Assembly (NCBI GenBank): GCA_965655095.1 | Contig: OZ296648.1 | Location: 34,782,001 to 34,846,000, forward strand | From: Haplodiscus bocki | Lineage: Eukaryota | Direction of reading: 5' to 3' | Length of the DNA stretch: 64,000 nt | Shown: piece by piece, positions 47,950-59,521 of the stretch | Numbering within the stretch: the first letter of the stretch is position 1 | How the letters are laid out: the number at the start of each line of letters is the position of its first letter | Position numbers and translations under genes: made by a program | The notes under the pieces: generated by a model | What the model was told of the DNA's origin: nothing | Database searches by the model: none | What the model saw: the letters and a program-made list of their open reading frames with translations, nothing else

Positions 47950-50600
47950 TCTGTGAATCGCTTTTTTTTGGAATTGAACCACCCCAAATATTGAACTATT
48001 CAAGAACGGAGTAATTCTCAGCAAATGTTGTCGAATGGGAATTCTAAAGCATAATAACTTTTTATGGAAACTCGTTCAATCAGTGAAGTGTTCTGAGAAA
48101 CTACAACACATTTTGATCATTATAGGCCCAAACCAAGCCTATTATGTATTTCCGCGACAAGGCTTTCTAGTTATCAACCACTTTTGCAATTTCACTATAT
48201 AGACTAATTTAATTCTGGTAAGTCTAAGGGAAAAACGGAGCTCCTATGTATTTTCATCTGCGCACTTTATTTGAGACAAATGAACACACGTCCAGCACAG
48301 TTAGTTTTCTCAATGTTCAAGGTTGTCACGACGAAAGTGTTTTGGAAATTGTTTTTATAGGTCTCCTTGAGCGTCAGGCAGACCATTTTTATTTAAAAAT
48401 GATGAAAACCATGAACGGTTTCAAAAAATGAACTATCTATGGAAGTTAGGTTGAGGTTTCAACATAGATCTGCTGCGAAGCTCTGGATGAGTGGATTGTT
48501 GTAATCTTCTTTCAACACAAGTCGGAAGTGCAAAGTTGCTAGGTACAACAGGTGGTTCAACAGATATTCAAAAGACTCCAATAGACTATGTAATACACAG
48601 CGAAAGTTTGCCAAACTGTTGTAGTTTGAGCTTGTTGACATCACCAATCATTGTCCAATACACATCTCGTACAAATTTTTTTTGAAAAAACTTCAAACAC
48701 CTTGAGAAAATTTCTCGGAACTTCTGTGACTCTGTTGAAAAAATTAAAGATTTAGAAAGTCTTGAATAAAAGTTACAATCCTTCTTCTCAAGTGATTGTG
48801 TGAACCAAGATGTCCAAAATTTAGTAAAACTTCTCAAACAAACAATTCATGCAGATAAAAAAACTCCTAGGTAAAGAATGAACAGAAAAGCTATGCTTGG
48901 GTTGATAATTCTAACAAAACTTTTTCACCACAAAAATAGCTTCTTGTGAACAACTTGCTTTTCCAAATCTTTTCAAAAAGAAAAAGTACCAAAAATATAG
49001 AAATGAAGCTGAACACAGTTTTAGGTTTGAAAAGAAGCTGCACTTTGCGAACAAGTTGAGCTGTTTCTGGAATAAAACAAAACGCTGGTTTTTCAAACAA
49101 TTACCAAAATCAAATGGACCATATCCATCAACTGTTTGACTAATTTTGAGAAATAAACCACGTTTTACATATAAAATTGAAAAAGATTGTGCTGAGAGTT
49201 CTTTAAAAGCTTTTCTCTTCTTCAGGTGATGGAAAACAACAGTCTGTTGAAACATCATCTCTTGGAACGTTTTCTGCGAGTATACTTAAAATTGAAAGAT
49301 TGGTTTTCGTTCATGATTGTACCACCAGATTTTTATAGCATAATAATAAAGCTTGATGGTGGGAAAGCAACTAGATTTGATGGTTTTTTTGAAGCTTTGA
49401 AAACTTGCGCACATGTTTCAGCTCAACCCTTGCAGATAAAATGTAATAGGTCACTTTCCCCAGGCGTTTTCCTAGAGTGCCCTAACTTTGTTACAATGAT
49501 ACCAAAACATAAATCAGGATCGAAACAGAAGTTCCTAAAATGTTGGCCTATCTCAGTTCGTCCAAATTTGAGTAAAAACCTTGAGAGAACGACGTATACC
49601 CGCAATCCAAATTATTTATATAGATCATCAGTTTGTTTTTTTGGGCAGTCGGGGTTTATTGTAATATTTCAACCGCTAACGCTCTTGTTGATATAAATGA
49701 AAGAATACGATGTGCAAAAGATAAGATAAGTTCTCGCTTTCTTCTGAACATTAGGAGAGCATTTGATGCTAAGGACCACGAACGACTGGTGATGAAAGTA
49801 GAACAATTAGGCATTAGGGTTGTTGCTCTTAGTTTTTTTTTCACTCTTACCTTTCCAACTGCAAGGACAGTGTAGAATTTCAGAAAGCATTCTTCTGTTG
49901 GGCTGCTATTGTATGCGGGGTTACACAAGGTCCTTAATTGTTCCCTTGTTGTTTCCTTTATACATTATTGATATGCAGACATTTTGAAAACACATCAAAT
50001 CTCAGGATTTCGCAGATGATACTGTTGTATTATTGTACAAATCTGATAATTCTTTCTGCTTTCTGGATGAACAAATGACAGAAATTAGCTAGTGTTATGC
50101 TACAAACAATTGTCTTTCAAACTGTTCCCGGACGAATATATTCACCTGCGATTTTTGGTGAAAAAATGTCTTTTAGACAATACTTTAATCCCGGAATCTA
50201 ACAGTGCCAAATGGTTGGGTGTGAATCTTCGCAGAGATTAGAAATTAAATTTTCGTTTCACCGAAATTTTTGAAATAATGTGGTCCCAGAAGTATGTTTT
50301 CTCAACGATGAGTCAAAACTTATCACGTGCTTTTTTGATTACTTGCTTTCAAACCTTCTCTGAAACTTTTTGATCTCACAATAGTTCAATCTACGCAAAA
50401 TCTACCTACAGTGAAATGTATGCAAATTTCAATCAGCAGGAAAACAATCTGATCGTAGAGAAAAGATGCTTCCAGGAGAATATTGGTATTGTTAACTTCA
50501 TCTTTGAAAATAAGAAAAACCCATTGTCTTTTTGAATAGGTTGAAGAATTTCGATATTTGTTCCGAAACCTGAAAGTTGACTTCTTCAAATGGTCGTGGA
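47950..50600 (+). mobile_element. Decayed CR1/L2-group LINE (APE and RT remnants)
   Basis: GFNIDL and TPIDYVI (APE); IPKHKSG..WPISVRPNLSK, QSGF, STANAL, NIRRAFD, GVTQG and FADD (~50010) for RT. Confidence 0.82.
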
Positions 50601-51199
50601 AAAAGTTCCCTCGTAAATGAACCTTCAAACCATTCTTTTCCCACACGGGTCATGAGTTCAGTCAAACAACAAGCTCCTCATAAACTTGAAAGTCTGCAGA
50701 GGTTTTCCGTGATTTACCGGGTAGTGCTTAGGTTCAATTTTCAGAAAGACCCGATTGCAACAGCAGAACGCAACAAAACAATAGGAGAGACCAATGTAAA
50801 TCTACAATCACAAAAACCTGGGAACTAAACCAATATTGAAAATATTTCCGAGAATTTTTTCAGATAAATGATTTTGTTTTCACAGCTCAAAAAGACCGGA
50901 AGCTTAGGAGTTAGGCATTGGAAGGACCACTCTGATGCTCGGCTTATTAAAACTAATCACAATTGTCTTGGAAATTTATTTTACTTTGGAACGCGTTTGA
51001 GAAGAGATCAATAATCTTAAGAAGAAACGGTTAAGAAAGTTAAAGTCAACAAGAACAATTGGGCGATTTCTCAAATTGCCTAAAAAGCCTTTATCAGAGA
51101 AAAGGTTGGGTGAAAGTAGCCCGTAACCGGAGAAGTTTTTGGTTTTACTAAGCTTTTCCGTTGAAACTCGACGGAAAGTTTTTTATATTACATTGTACT

Positions 51200-52300
51200 C
51201 ACTGTCGACAGCCTAAAGTGACATTACCAAAACTGTCAAACTCGACATCCCAGTTTTAAGGGTCGTCACATAAATAATTTTTCAAAAATTATCGTAGTTT
51301 TCTCGTTTTTATTCAATAAGTTTTTTGAAGCAACTTTTTTGCGTATGCTGTATAGTAAAGTTTTCAGATCAGTTTTTGTCCTTTTTTTCCTTTTGTCATA
51401 ACATACAATGAGCAATGCTTCAATGAAAGTAAAGATCTTTCGTGTGCTTCGAAACACCTCTCGCACTTTTTTGAAAAGTAACACCTTTTCCAGCTAAATG
51501 TATCTAGACGAAAAAAACTCAAAGCGAACGTGAAAAGGTTGAGCCGTTCGACCAATGTTTCCGGTGCTTCTTCAACGCTCCAGACTACAGGGATGATTTC
51601 CAAGCCTGCGACGAAATGTTGATAAACGGTTTTGTTTTCTCTCATCTTGAGGTACGACATGTGTTGAAGAGCTTAAACATCGACAAACAAAAGGTCCTGA
51701 CTGCATTGGCAATGCGCTGCTGTGCAACCTAGCAGAGTCCCTGAATGGCTCTCGGCACCTGATTTCCAACACATTTATTGCTAACAAGTGCTATTTCCAA
51801 ACAACTTCGAAAGTACCAGAGGTAGTGCAAATCCTCGAAGAGCGAGATAGGCAATTGATCTGTAACTACCGACTAGTCAGTAATCTCTCCGCGGTGTCGA
51901 AAGTTATTGAAAAACTAATAAACAACAAACTGTATACATCACTAGCCCCACTCCTGTTGCCCAATCAACGTGGCGTTTGAAGACAACTGCCAACAACAGG
52001 TCACCTTTTTGAGTATCTACACGAGGTGTTCAATCGTTTCAATTCTCCCGACTGTAACTACTTGGTGTCTTTTTATGTGGACTTCCAGAGAGCGTTTGAC
52101 GTCAATCACTTCTTGTTACTCCAAGAAAAATTGTTCTCTAGGAGTGCACTGATCAAGTTTGAAGCTGCTAGAAAGCTACCTCATAGGCAAAAGTCAAACG
52201 GTCAGAATTGCAAATGCCACGTTCAGACATCTCGATGTCCACACTCGAGCATCCCAAGTATCTTTAGTGGGCCCCTTCTCTGGTGAGCTTTTGTAAATGA
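51200..52300 (+). mobile_element. Decayed CR1/L2-group LINE, 5' part (split by LTR element)
   Basis: KTKGPDCIGN, NYRLVSNLSAVSKVIEK, PNQRG, YVDFQRAFD and GPLL..FVND. Confidence 0.82.
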
Positions 52301-52461
52301 TGTGAAGACTTTTCTCTAGCCAATCGTGTACTCAAGTTTCAGCCATTGGCAAACGTTCAATGTTTAAGTTCTTGCATAATTACGCAATTAATCAACTACC
52401 TGTCAACTAGTGGCTACATAGCCCGAGGCATGGTCAGATGTATGTAATGCAACACGTCACA
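52301..52461 (-). repeat. 3' LTR of Mag-type element
   Basis: TG..CA ends; about 14 mismatches to 56848-57008 by manual count. PPT AAAGATGGGAGG lies adjacent on the minus strand (~52462-52474). Confidence 0.94.
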
Positions 52462-52576
52462 ACCTCCCATCTTTAAAACAGCATCAATGTGAAAAAAATT
52501 AGCATCATTAAAATATAGCAACCTTGGCAATAGTCCCGTTAACAAAGAGCAAGACTGAGTTTGCTTGGAGCTTTCA

Positions 52577-55500
52577 CTATATGTCCGGATCTTGTGCGGT
52601 TAGGCGGTTGTGAGGGCACTGCCGCTTTCTCCTCCGCTGTAGAAAGACGAGGTTCCGGCCGCACCGTTGGACTGAGTTGTGGGACCAGAGCGTCACTCCC
52701 GGAGACTCGCGCCGGCAAAACAGGGGGTTTCTTGGTCTTGCTTGTAGCCGTTGTGTACTTAGCTGGTGTAGCTGTGACCGTCGGAGACCCCTCGGCATTC
52801 TCAGGATGACAATCTTTGTCAGATGGTGCTGGAGCAAGGTGTATACATATTCTGTGCCCTTTGGTGTGCGGATTTCCGCGAGCTGCGGCGAAAGTAAATC
52901 CGTCACCAAACCTTTATCTTTCACGAGTGGATCTGTTTTCTTGACCCGAACAAAGTTGCGAATAAACACTTTTGAGCCTCGTTGATTTTTACCTTTGTTC
53001 ATCGTAAAATCTGAATCCTTCGCAAGCAGCTTGAGGTCTGAATCGGCAAAATAACGACGACGAAAACGAAAAAACAAATCATGAGGCGATGATCCAGTTG
53101 ACTCACAGACACGAGAACGAAGGATGAACAATGCTTCTCCCAGACAATGCTCCCAGTCTAGCGAGTCTAAACCGTTTTCCTTGAGAATGCGTGTGATCAA
53201 TCGCTGTAGTTCGCCGTTGTATCGTTCGTTCTGACCGTTACCTGCAGGATTGTGCTTTGAAGAATGAGAAATTTCGACTCCACAACCGTCCAGAAACTGT
53301 TGGATCTCTGTGCTCATGAAAGCCTTTCCGCGATCTGAGTGAACTTTGTTAGGCAATCCAAACCGTGCAAATACTTGATTGGAAAGCACGTCGATCGCCG
53401 TTTCTGAGTCCAGATGCTCAACAACAAATGCCTCCAAATACCTGCTGTATTCGTCCAGAAATGTTAGGATCCATTTCATCTCTCCAGACCGTGTTGCTTT
53501 CGGGCCGATGAAATCCAATGACAATCGCTCCAATGAATGAGTGCTAGTCACCAATGTTCCGTCTTCTGGCTTCTCAAAACAAGGTCTTGTTTCAGTGCAG
53601 ACACCGCACGACTCGATGTGATGTTCTACTTCTTGTCGCAAGTTGACCCAGTAGAAGCCTTCGCGGATGAACTGCAGAGTTGCTTGAATACCAAGATGAC
53701 CAAACTTGTTGTGCGTTCTCTCCAGAACTGCTAGACGAAGAGACCTTGGGCACAACACTCGTACGTTACCAGACTCGACTAAGCACAATACTGCATGAAG
53801 TACTTGCATTCGTTTTCTGTTAGACCACAAACCAAGCGAAACTTCGGCTGGTCTGAGCTGATTTTCGAGAGACCTGCGTAGCGTTGATAATTCGTTATCC
53901 TCTTCTTGAGCTTGTCGGAACAACTCAATTGTGAACAAAGACTTAACTGATTGCAAAGCAAATGCGCGAGAGAAAGCATCCGCTCCCAGATTTTCCTTCC
54001 CCGGTTTGTACGCAATTCTGAAGTTCTACTAAGATAACTCCGTTCGCCATCTGATCAGCTTGTTGTTGTTCACGGAACCTGAGAAAAGAAATGAAAGCGC
54101 ACGTTGGTCGGTGTATAAGACAAATGGACGTCCAAGCATTAACTGTCTGAACTTGCTAGCACAGTAAACAATGGCTAGAGCCTCAAGCTCAACTGCAGAC
54201 CACGACTGCTCGGCCGTTGATGAACGCTTACTGGATACTGCAACAGGACGACCGTGCTGAATCAGAACCGCCGCTATTGCTATTCCGCTTGCGTCCGTCT
54301 CCAACACGAACTCTTGATTGAAATCTGGAACAGTTAGAAACGAGTAACGTAGCAGCAAGTCTGCTGCTTCACTGAAACTGGCCGCTGTTCTTCAAGTCTT
54401 GGAGTGGAGATGCCACCTCTGGATACAAACTTGGAGTGATAATTTGCCACACCTGAGAAACGTTCGAGTTCCTTCATGTTCGTGGGTTCTTTGTACTTTT
54501 TGAGTGACTTTGTACGCTCAGGATCCGGCTTAAACGTACCCTCGCTGGTCACGTATCCAAGCAAATTCAGCTCGCTTTGATCGAAAAAACATTTCTTGCT
54601 GTTAGGAGATACATTGAGCTCACGGCATCGCTGCAAGAAATCACGAAGGTTTGCGTTGTGCTCTTCAATCGTGTTGCCACAAATCACGATGTCGTCAAGG
54701 TAGATGAAGACACCAGGAATGTCATCGAAGCACATTACCGTTATCCGCTGGATTTTCGGCGCTGCGTTGCGAACTCCAAAGCAAAGGCTAGTGTACTGAA
54801 GTAAATTACTCAATGCTTCGAACACCGTTTTTTCCATGTCTTCCTTCACTGATGGCGCTTGATGGTAGGCCCGGGTAATGTCGACAACCGAAAACTATTT
54901 GTATTTTCCCACCGTCTGTATGAAATTTGAAATCAGTGGCAACTGGAAGCGTCCAGTTTCCCGATCTTATCACCGTGTAGCTGTAATCCACGGTCTTGCG
55001 CTTGCCTCCACCGCGTTTGCTTACGATGACTGGTTTCGACCTCCACTGTGAACGGGATTCTTCAACGATTCCATTCTCGAGCAACGACTTCACAGTTTTT
55101 TTATTCACTTCTTGATCCTCTGGCGAGTAGATTCGTGAAGGTGATCGTATTGGTACCGCATCGTCTGTCAATTCGATGATGGGTTCCGGTTCCATGTTGA
55201 GCTTGCTGTCCTTTAAATTCTTGTCGAACACGTCTTCATACTCCTTGAGCATCTCGGCGACGCCGGCCATCTCGCTGTGAGCTACTAACACAAGATGAGG
55301 GCCACTGTCAGACGTTTTCAATGTTACGTGAGAGAAGTTAGAGAGCGAATCCCTACCCAGGATTGCCCCGAAGCTCAAATTCTCAATTACGCGGACTGAA
55401 ACTGTGAATGAATGACCTGAGATACTCAACGAACAGTTTACACGCCCAACTTCTACCAACTCTGTGCCAGTGGCAGACTTCAACGTGGTCGATCCAGTTA

Positions 55501-56506
55501 CCTGTAACCATTGCAATCCAAAATCTTGTGCGCATTTCAACGACAGCAACGTTGAGGTTGATCCAGAATCAACTAGCCATCGCACATTCTTCCCATCGAT
55601 GGTGCCATCCAGCAGCTTCGGAGCACCTGCTTGCGTGCTAGCAAAATCAGCTAGGGAGTCGAGACAAGCTACCTCATCAGCAACAACTCCAGCGACGTGC
55701 GTTTTGGCGCCTTGGCTTGTGCCTCGCATATTGCTATAACCAACCTTGGATGTACTGCTCTTGCACACTGCAGCGAAATGATTAGGCTTGTCACACTTCT
55801 TGCATTTTTTATCCCAAGCTGTGCAATCCTCCTTCGAACGGTGCTTTTGATTTCTGCCGCAGTACTTGCAGATAAAGGTTGACGATGCTGGACCAGTCTT
55901 CTGTGTCCCTGGGGTAGTTTTGTTACGTTTCAAGGCAAACGTACCTGAGTCAGTGCTGCCGACCTGTGACATACCCCCTGCTCGCAGACGCTCGTCTCCA
56001 GTTGTTTCGCTTGCTTTAGCACATTTTCCAAAGTTTCTGTGTCGGCCATCAAAAGTAGCTCCTGGCAGATGCGCGGCTCGCGAATTCCAGAGATGAGCTG
56101 CTGCTTGACCCCCGCGTCGACTTGCCCTCCGAAGTCGCACTGCTGTGCCGCTGAGATGAGAGTGCTCGCAAACGTAGAGACGTCCTTCCCCGTCTCCTGC
56201 CGCAGCTTCCTGAAGTTGTAGACTGCGAACGTCTTCGAGAAGCGCTCGCCGTATTAGGTCTCCAACGCCTTTATTGCGTCTGCGTAGGTAGTACCAGAAT
56301 TCAGCGTCGTGAAGATCTCGTAGCATTTTGGCGTAATGTTGGTCAAGAAGACTGCACGTTTTTTAGCGTCTTCCAGTGTTACATAAATACTGGCAACCAT
56401 GTAATTCTCGAACATCTGACAGCAGAGCTTCCATTTAACAGTCTTGTCATCGGGATTGAACTGCGTGGATGGCTTAATGTGATGTCGAAGAACAGTATCG
56501 GGCATC
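52577..56506 (-). pseudogene. gag-pol: Gag-Pol of Mag-type element
   Basis: Double knuckle CKYCG..H..C..CKKCDKPNHFAAVC, LVDSGST protease, YLDD RT, ETDASG RNase H, HHCC and DFIGP/HSDRG/NERYN integrase motifs. Confidence 0.93.
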
Positions 56507-56830
56507 ACTGAATGAAGTAACCAAAATTCTAGTGCTAGAATCAACGAATTTTGCTGTTGCAAGTGCTAATCTCTCCACAAGTCGTCGTGGTGCCAAGGTG
56601 AACTGAAGCAAGAATCGCCAGAATGTTACGCCGTGTGCCAAAAAATAGCAATCCCAACACAATATCGTTGGAAAAGGCTTGAATCAGGCTAGCCCCCGAA
56701 AAATTTTTCAAAAAGACCGGTTCAGTCTTCGAGAAGTTATTAGCTTCCAAATTTAGGCTGACGTTCTGACTGAACGTCCCTCACTGAGGCGTAAAGCTCG
56801 TAGTGCTGCACTGCCGCGACTCTAAACTCG

Positions 56831-56845
56831 CTGCTGACTGCGCCA
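56831..56845 (-). promoter_or_regulatory. Primer binding site, probably tRNA-Ser
   Basis: Minus strand TGGCGCAGTCAGCAG lies 2 nt after the 5' LTR. Its complement CTGCTGACTGCGCCA matches recalled invertebrate tRNA-Ser 3' ends. Confidence 0.8.
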
Positions 56846-56847
56846 AA

Positions 56848-57008
56848 CGTGAAGACTATTCTCTAGCCAATCGTGTATTCAAGTTTTAGCCATTGGCAAA
56901 CGTTCAATGTTTAAATCATTTCATAATTACATAATTATTTAACTACCTGTCAACTAGTGGCTACATAGCCCGAGGCATGGTCAGATGTATGTAATGCAAG
57001 AAGTCACA
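56848..57008 (-). repeat. 5' LTR of Mag-type element
   Basis: Direct repeat of 52301-52461; terminal CA mutated to CG. Confidence 0.94.
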
Positions 57009-57700
57009 ATGATTTGTCTGATTGCCTTATGTTTAAGAATTTCGGGTACGTAAAGGACTTCGAAATTGTTGGCAACAATTCAGTTGTTCTTGGTATGGAC
57101 GTTAGAAGATTTTGGAATTGATTTCAAAGAAAATCTAAAGTCCAACAACCTAATCAGAAGCAAAGCTCTCCCTGTAAGGGGAGTGCCTGATCTCGAAGTT
57201 ACATCCTAACTTTTAGAACTTCGACAGCTATCAAAGTTCTTGTTTTTTTTTAAGTTTCTGTCGACTTGTCATGGAGCGGCCGTACCAGATAACGAGTTAG
57301 TTAATCCCTCAATGCCTTCTCTTTCAAGCGAAGACTCTCAGCCAACTCTCTGTCGAACAAAAAGCATGCTTTCATTGGCTACGTATTTCTCATATTATTC
57401 TACGGATCGTCCCTTCGGAAATCCAACAAGTCCGATCTTTTTGTACTTAAAAGTATCTAGCAGAAGGCTCTGATGTGGATCCTCGACACGCACTCCATCA
57501 GGTACAAGAACATCCTGATGAAATTGGGCATTCTCTCAGTCTCTCTTCACCAAGAAAATCACCTTCTTTCGCTAATCGCGAAGTTTCTGATTTGGAGAGC
57601 GAACACTACCTGGAGAAATTACATGAGTATCACAGACACTGGTTCAACTAGAAATCAAGTCACTCGCAACTTCAGCTACAGAGCCTTCAGCTTAAGAAAC
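57009..57700 (+). mobile_element. Decayed CR1/L2-group LINE, 3' part
   Basis: Removing the LTR element restores FVNDLSDCL..GYVKDFEI (NDL..YADD region). Confidence 0.72.
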
Positions 57701-57749
57701 ATGTGACTCAGATTTCTTGTTACGAGCTTGCCAATTGTCGAACATGTGC

Positions 57750-58277
57750 AACTACTTCAGAATGGATATCCTCTTCGACCATCACTATAAAGATGATTTA
57801 CTTATAACTAAATTAAGATATAGCATCAGAGAAATGCGACATATTTTCAACGCCATTGTTTTGCCTCACATTACGTACGGTGTCTCTGTCTACGGAGGAG
57901 TCCCCAAAAAGAACCTCAAGAAACTTTCCTCAGCAATTAGTCTTGCAAAAAGGTTACTACAGGTCACAGACGATACTGATTTCTACAAAATTTTACAACA
58001 ATCTGATTGCAAAATGCTGAGAAAAATTACGGAAACGGAGAAACACATTCTTGCATATTTGATTCCTCTTCGACAGCCCTGTGCAACCGAGAATTTGAGA
58101 GGAAGACCCCCACCAACAAATCCTGTTGGTTTCCAGAATTTGAACATATTCCCAGATTGCTGCCTGAGAAGGGAAAGACTGTAATGAAACATAACCTTTG
58201 AGTTTTTGGTGTACATTTGTTACTTAGAATATTAGATGTTTTCTGATACTGAAATACATTATTATTTTTATTATTAC
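57750..58277 (+). mobile_element. 5'-truncated L2-group LINE 3' end
   Basis: IFNAIVLPHITYGVSVYGG..HILAYLIP..NLR C-terminal motifs, a short UTR and a (TTA)n-type tail. Confidence 0.8.
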
Positions 58278-58745
58278 TCAAACGCTTCCAAACCTACTCC
58301 GAACAATTTCAACGAGAAAGACTCGTGCACTTGGCGTCTGCTCTGCGGATGTACTAACTGTATAAACTTAAAAAAAGTCACCTTTTAGACTTTTCAACCT
58401 GTTGACTAATATTTGCCGGGAAAAAATCCTCTGGTTGAACTTCGGTTCTAAAGTCTTATTATTGTTTTTCTCGAACGGCTCAAAGAGTATGTCATGATTG
58501 TATAGTCGTTGTAAGAAACTACAAACTCTCGGCTTTTCGGTTTCCGATTGAGCCGTCGATGTGGTTGACAGTAAATCTAATCTTGGTTTTGTTGTGATAA
58601 ACTAATTGTTGTGATAAACTTATTGAATAGTTTCAGATTTGTTGAAAGGTTCATCGTTTATTTTCATCTTGCCGTGGACGGGTGAAGGCGCCAGTCAACC
58701 AATCGTTAATCAGGACACTACCGACAATCGAATATCGAATAAGAA

Positions 58746-59512
58746 ATGACAGGCAAAAATAAAAATGACTCGAGATCGAAACTGAAATATCCTTGTGGTC
58801 TGTGCGGAGAAGAATGTAAACAAACACCATTCAATTTGCGAAGTGTGAGAAGTGGTACCACCAGCAATGTACCGAAGTACCTCCTGCAATAATGGCACAT
58901 CTTGGGAAAGTGAAAGGACTCTTTTGGAGTTGCGATGCTTGTTTGGGCACACCAATCAAAGACAGCTCGGCCCTTTCAGTGCCTGAACAGAAGGTTGAAA
59001 TAATAACAGAACAAATAACAAGCCTATCAAAGACCATGAACAGCTTAAACCCACCTACCACAATGCACAAACATCAAGATCAACAACAAGTTACGAAAAG
59101 ATCAGTAAGGGTTTCTGGACTCCCTGAAAGCACTGCCAAGAATATATACGAAAAAAAAAGCGATGATATTCAAAAATTGAAAACAATTGTAGCAGATATC
59201 GGAGTTACCGACCTAAAAGTCAACAATATAATCCGTATGGGCAAATTCTCTGAAGGGAGGAATAGAACTTTGATTGTAGAACTACCCAATATTATGGATG
59301 TCGAATTGCTTGTCTCGAAGGCAATAAAAGGCAAACTCGGAAATGTGCATCAAGTTTATATTTCACCAGATCTGACAAAAGAAGGAAGAGAAATAGAGAA
59401 AAAACTGCTCAAGAAAAGGAGAGAACTAATCGACTCTAAAAAAGTAGAGAGAAAAGACATAAAAATTCGGAACCTAACATTGTATGTAAAAACCCAGAAG
59501 GTTGATGCATGA
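58746..59512 (+). pseudogene. LINE ORF1 (PHD finger plus RRM-like domain), 1-nt frameshift near 58825
   Basis: CGLC..AKCEKWYHQQC..WSCDAC PHD split over two frames; SVRVSGLPES..RMGK..RTLIVEL..YISPDLT. Confidence 0.87.
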
Positions 59513-59521
59513 CTACCGGTC

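Larger units (their letters stand above)
52301..57008 (-). mobile_element. Ty3/Gypsy Mag-type LTR retrotransposon, structurally complete but degenerate
   Basis: 161-bp LTRs, 4-bp TSD ATGA (52297-52300 and 57009-57012), PBS, PPT, and gag-pol with stops and frameshifts. Confidence 0.95.
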
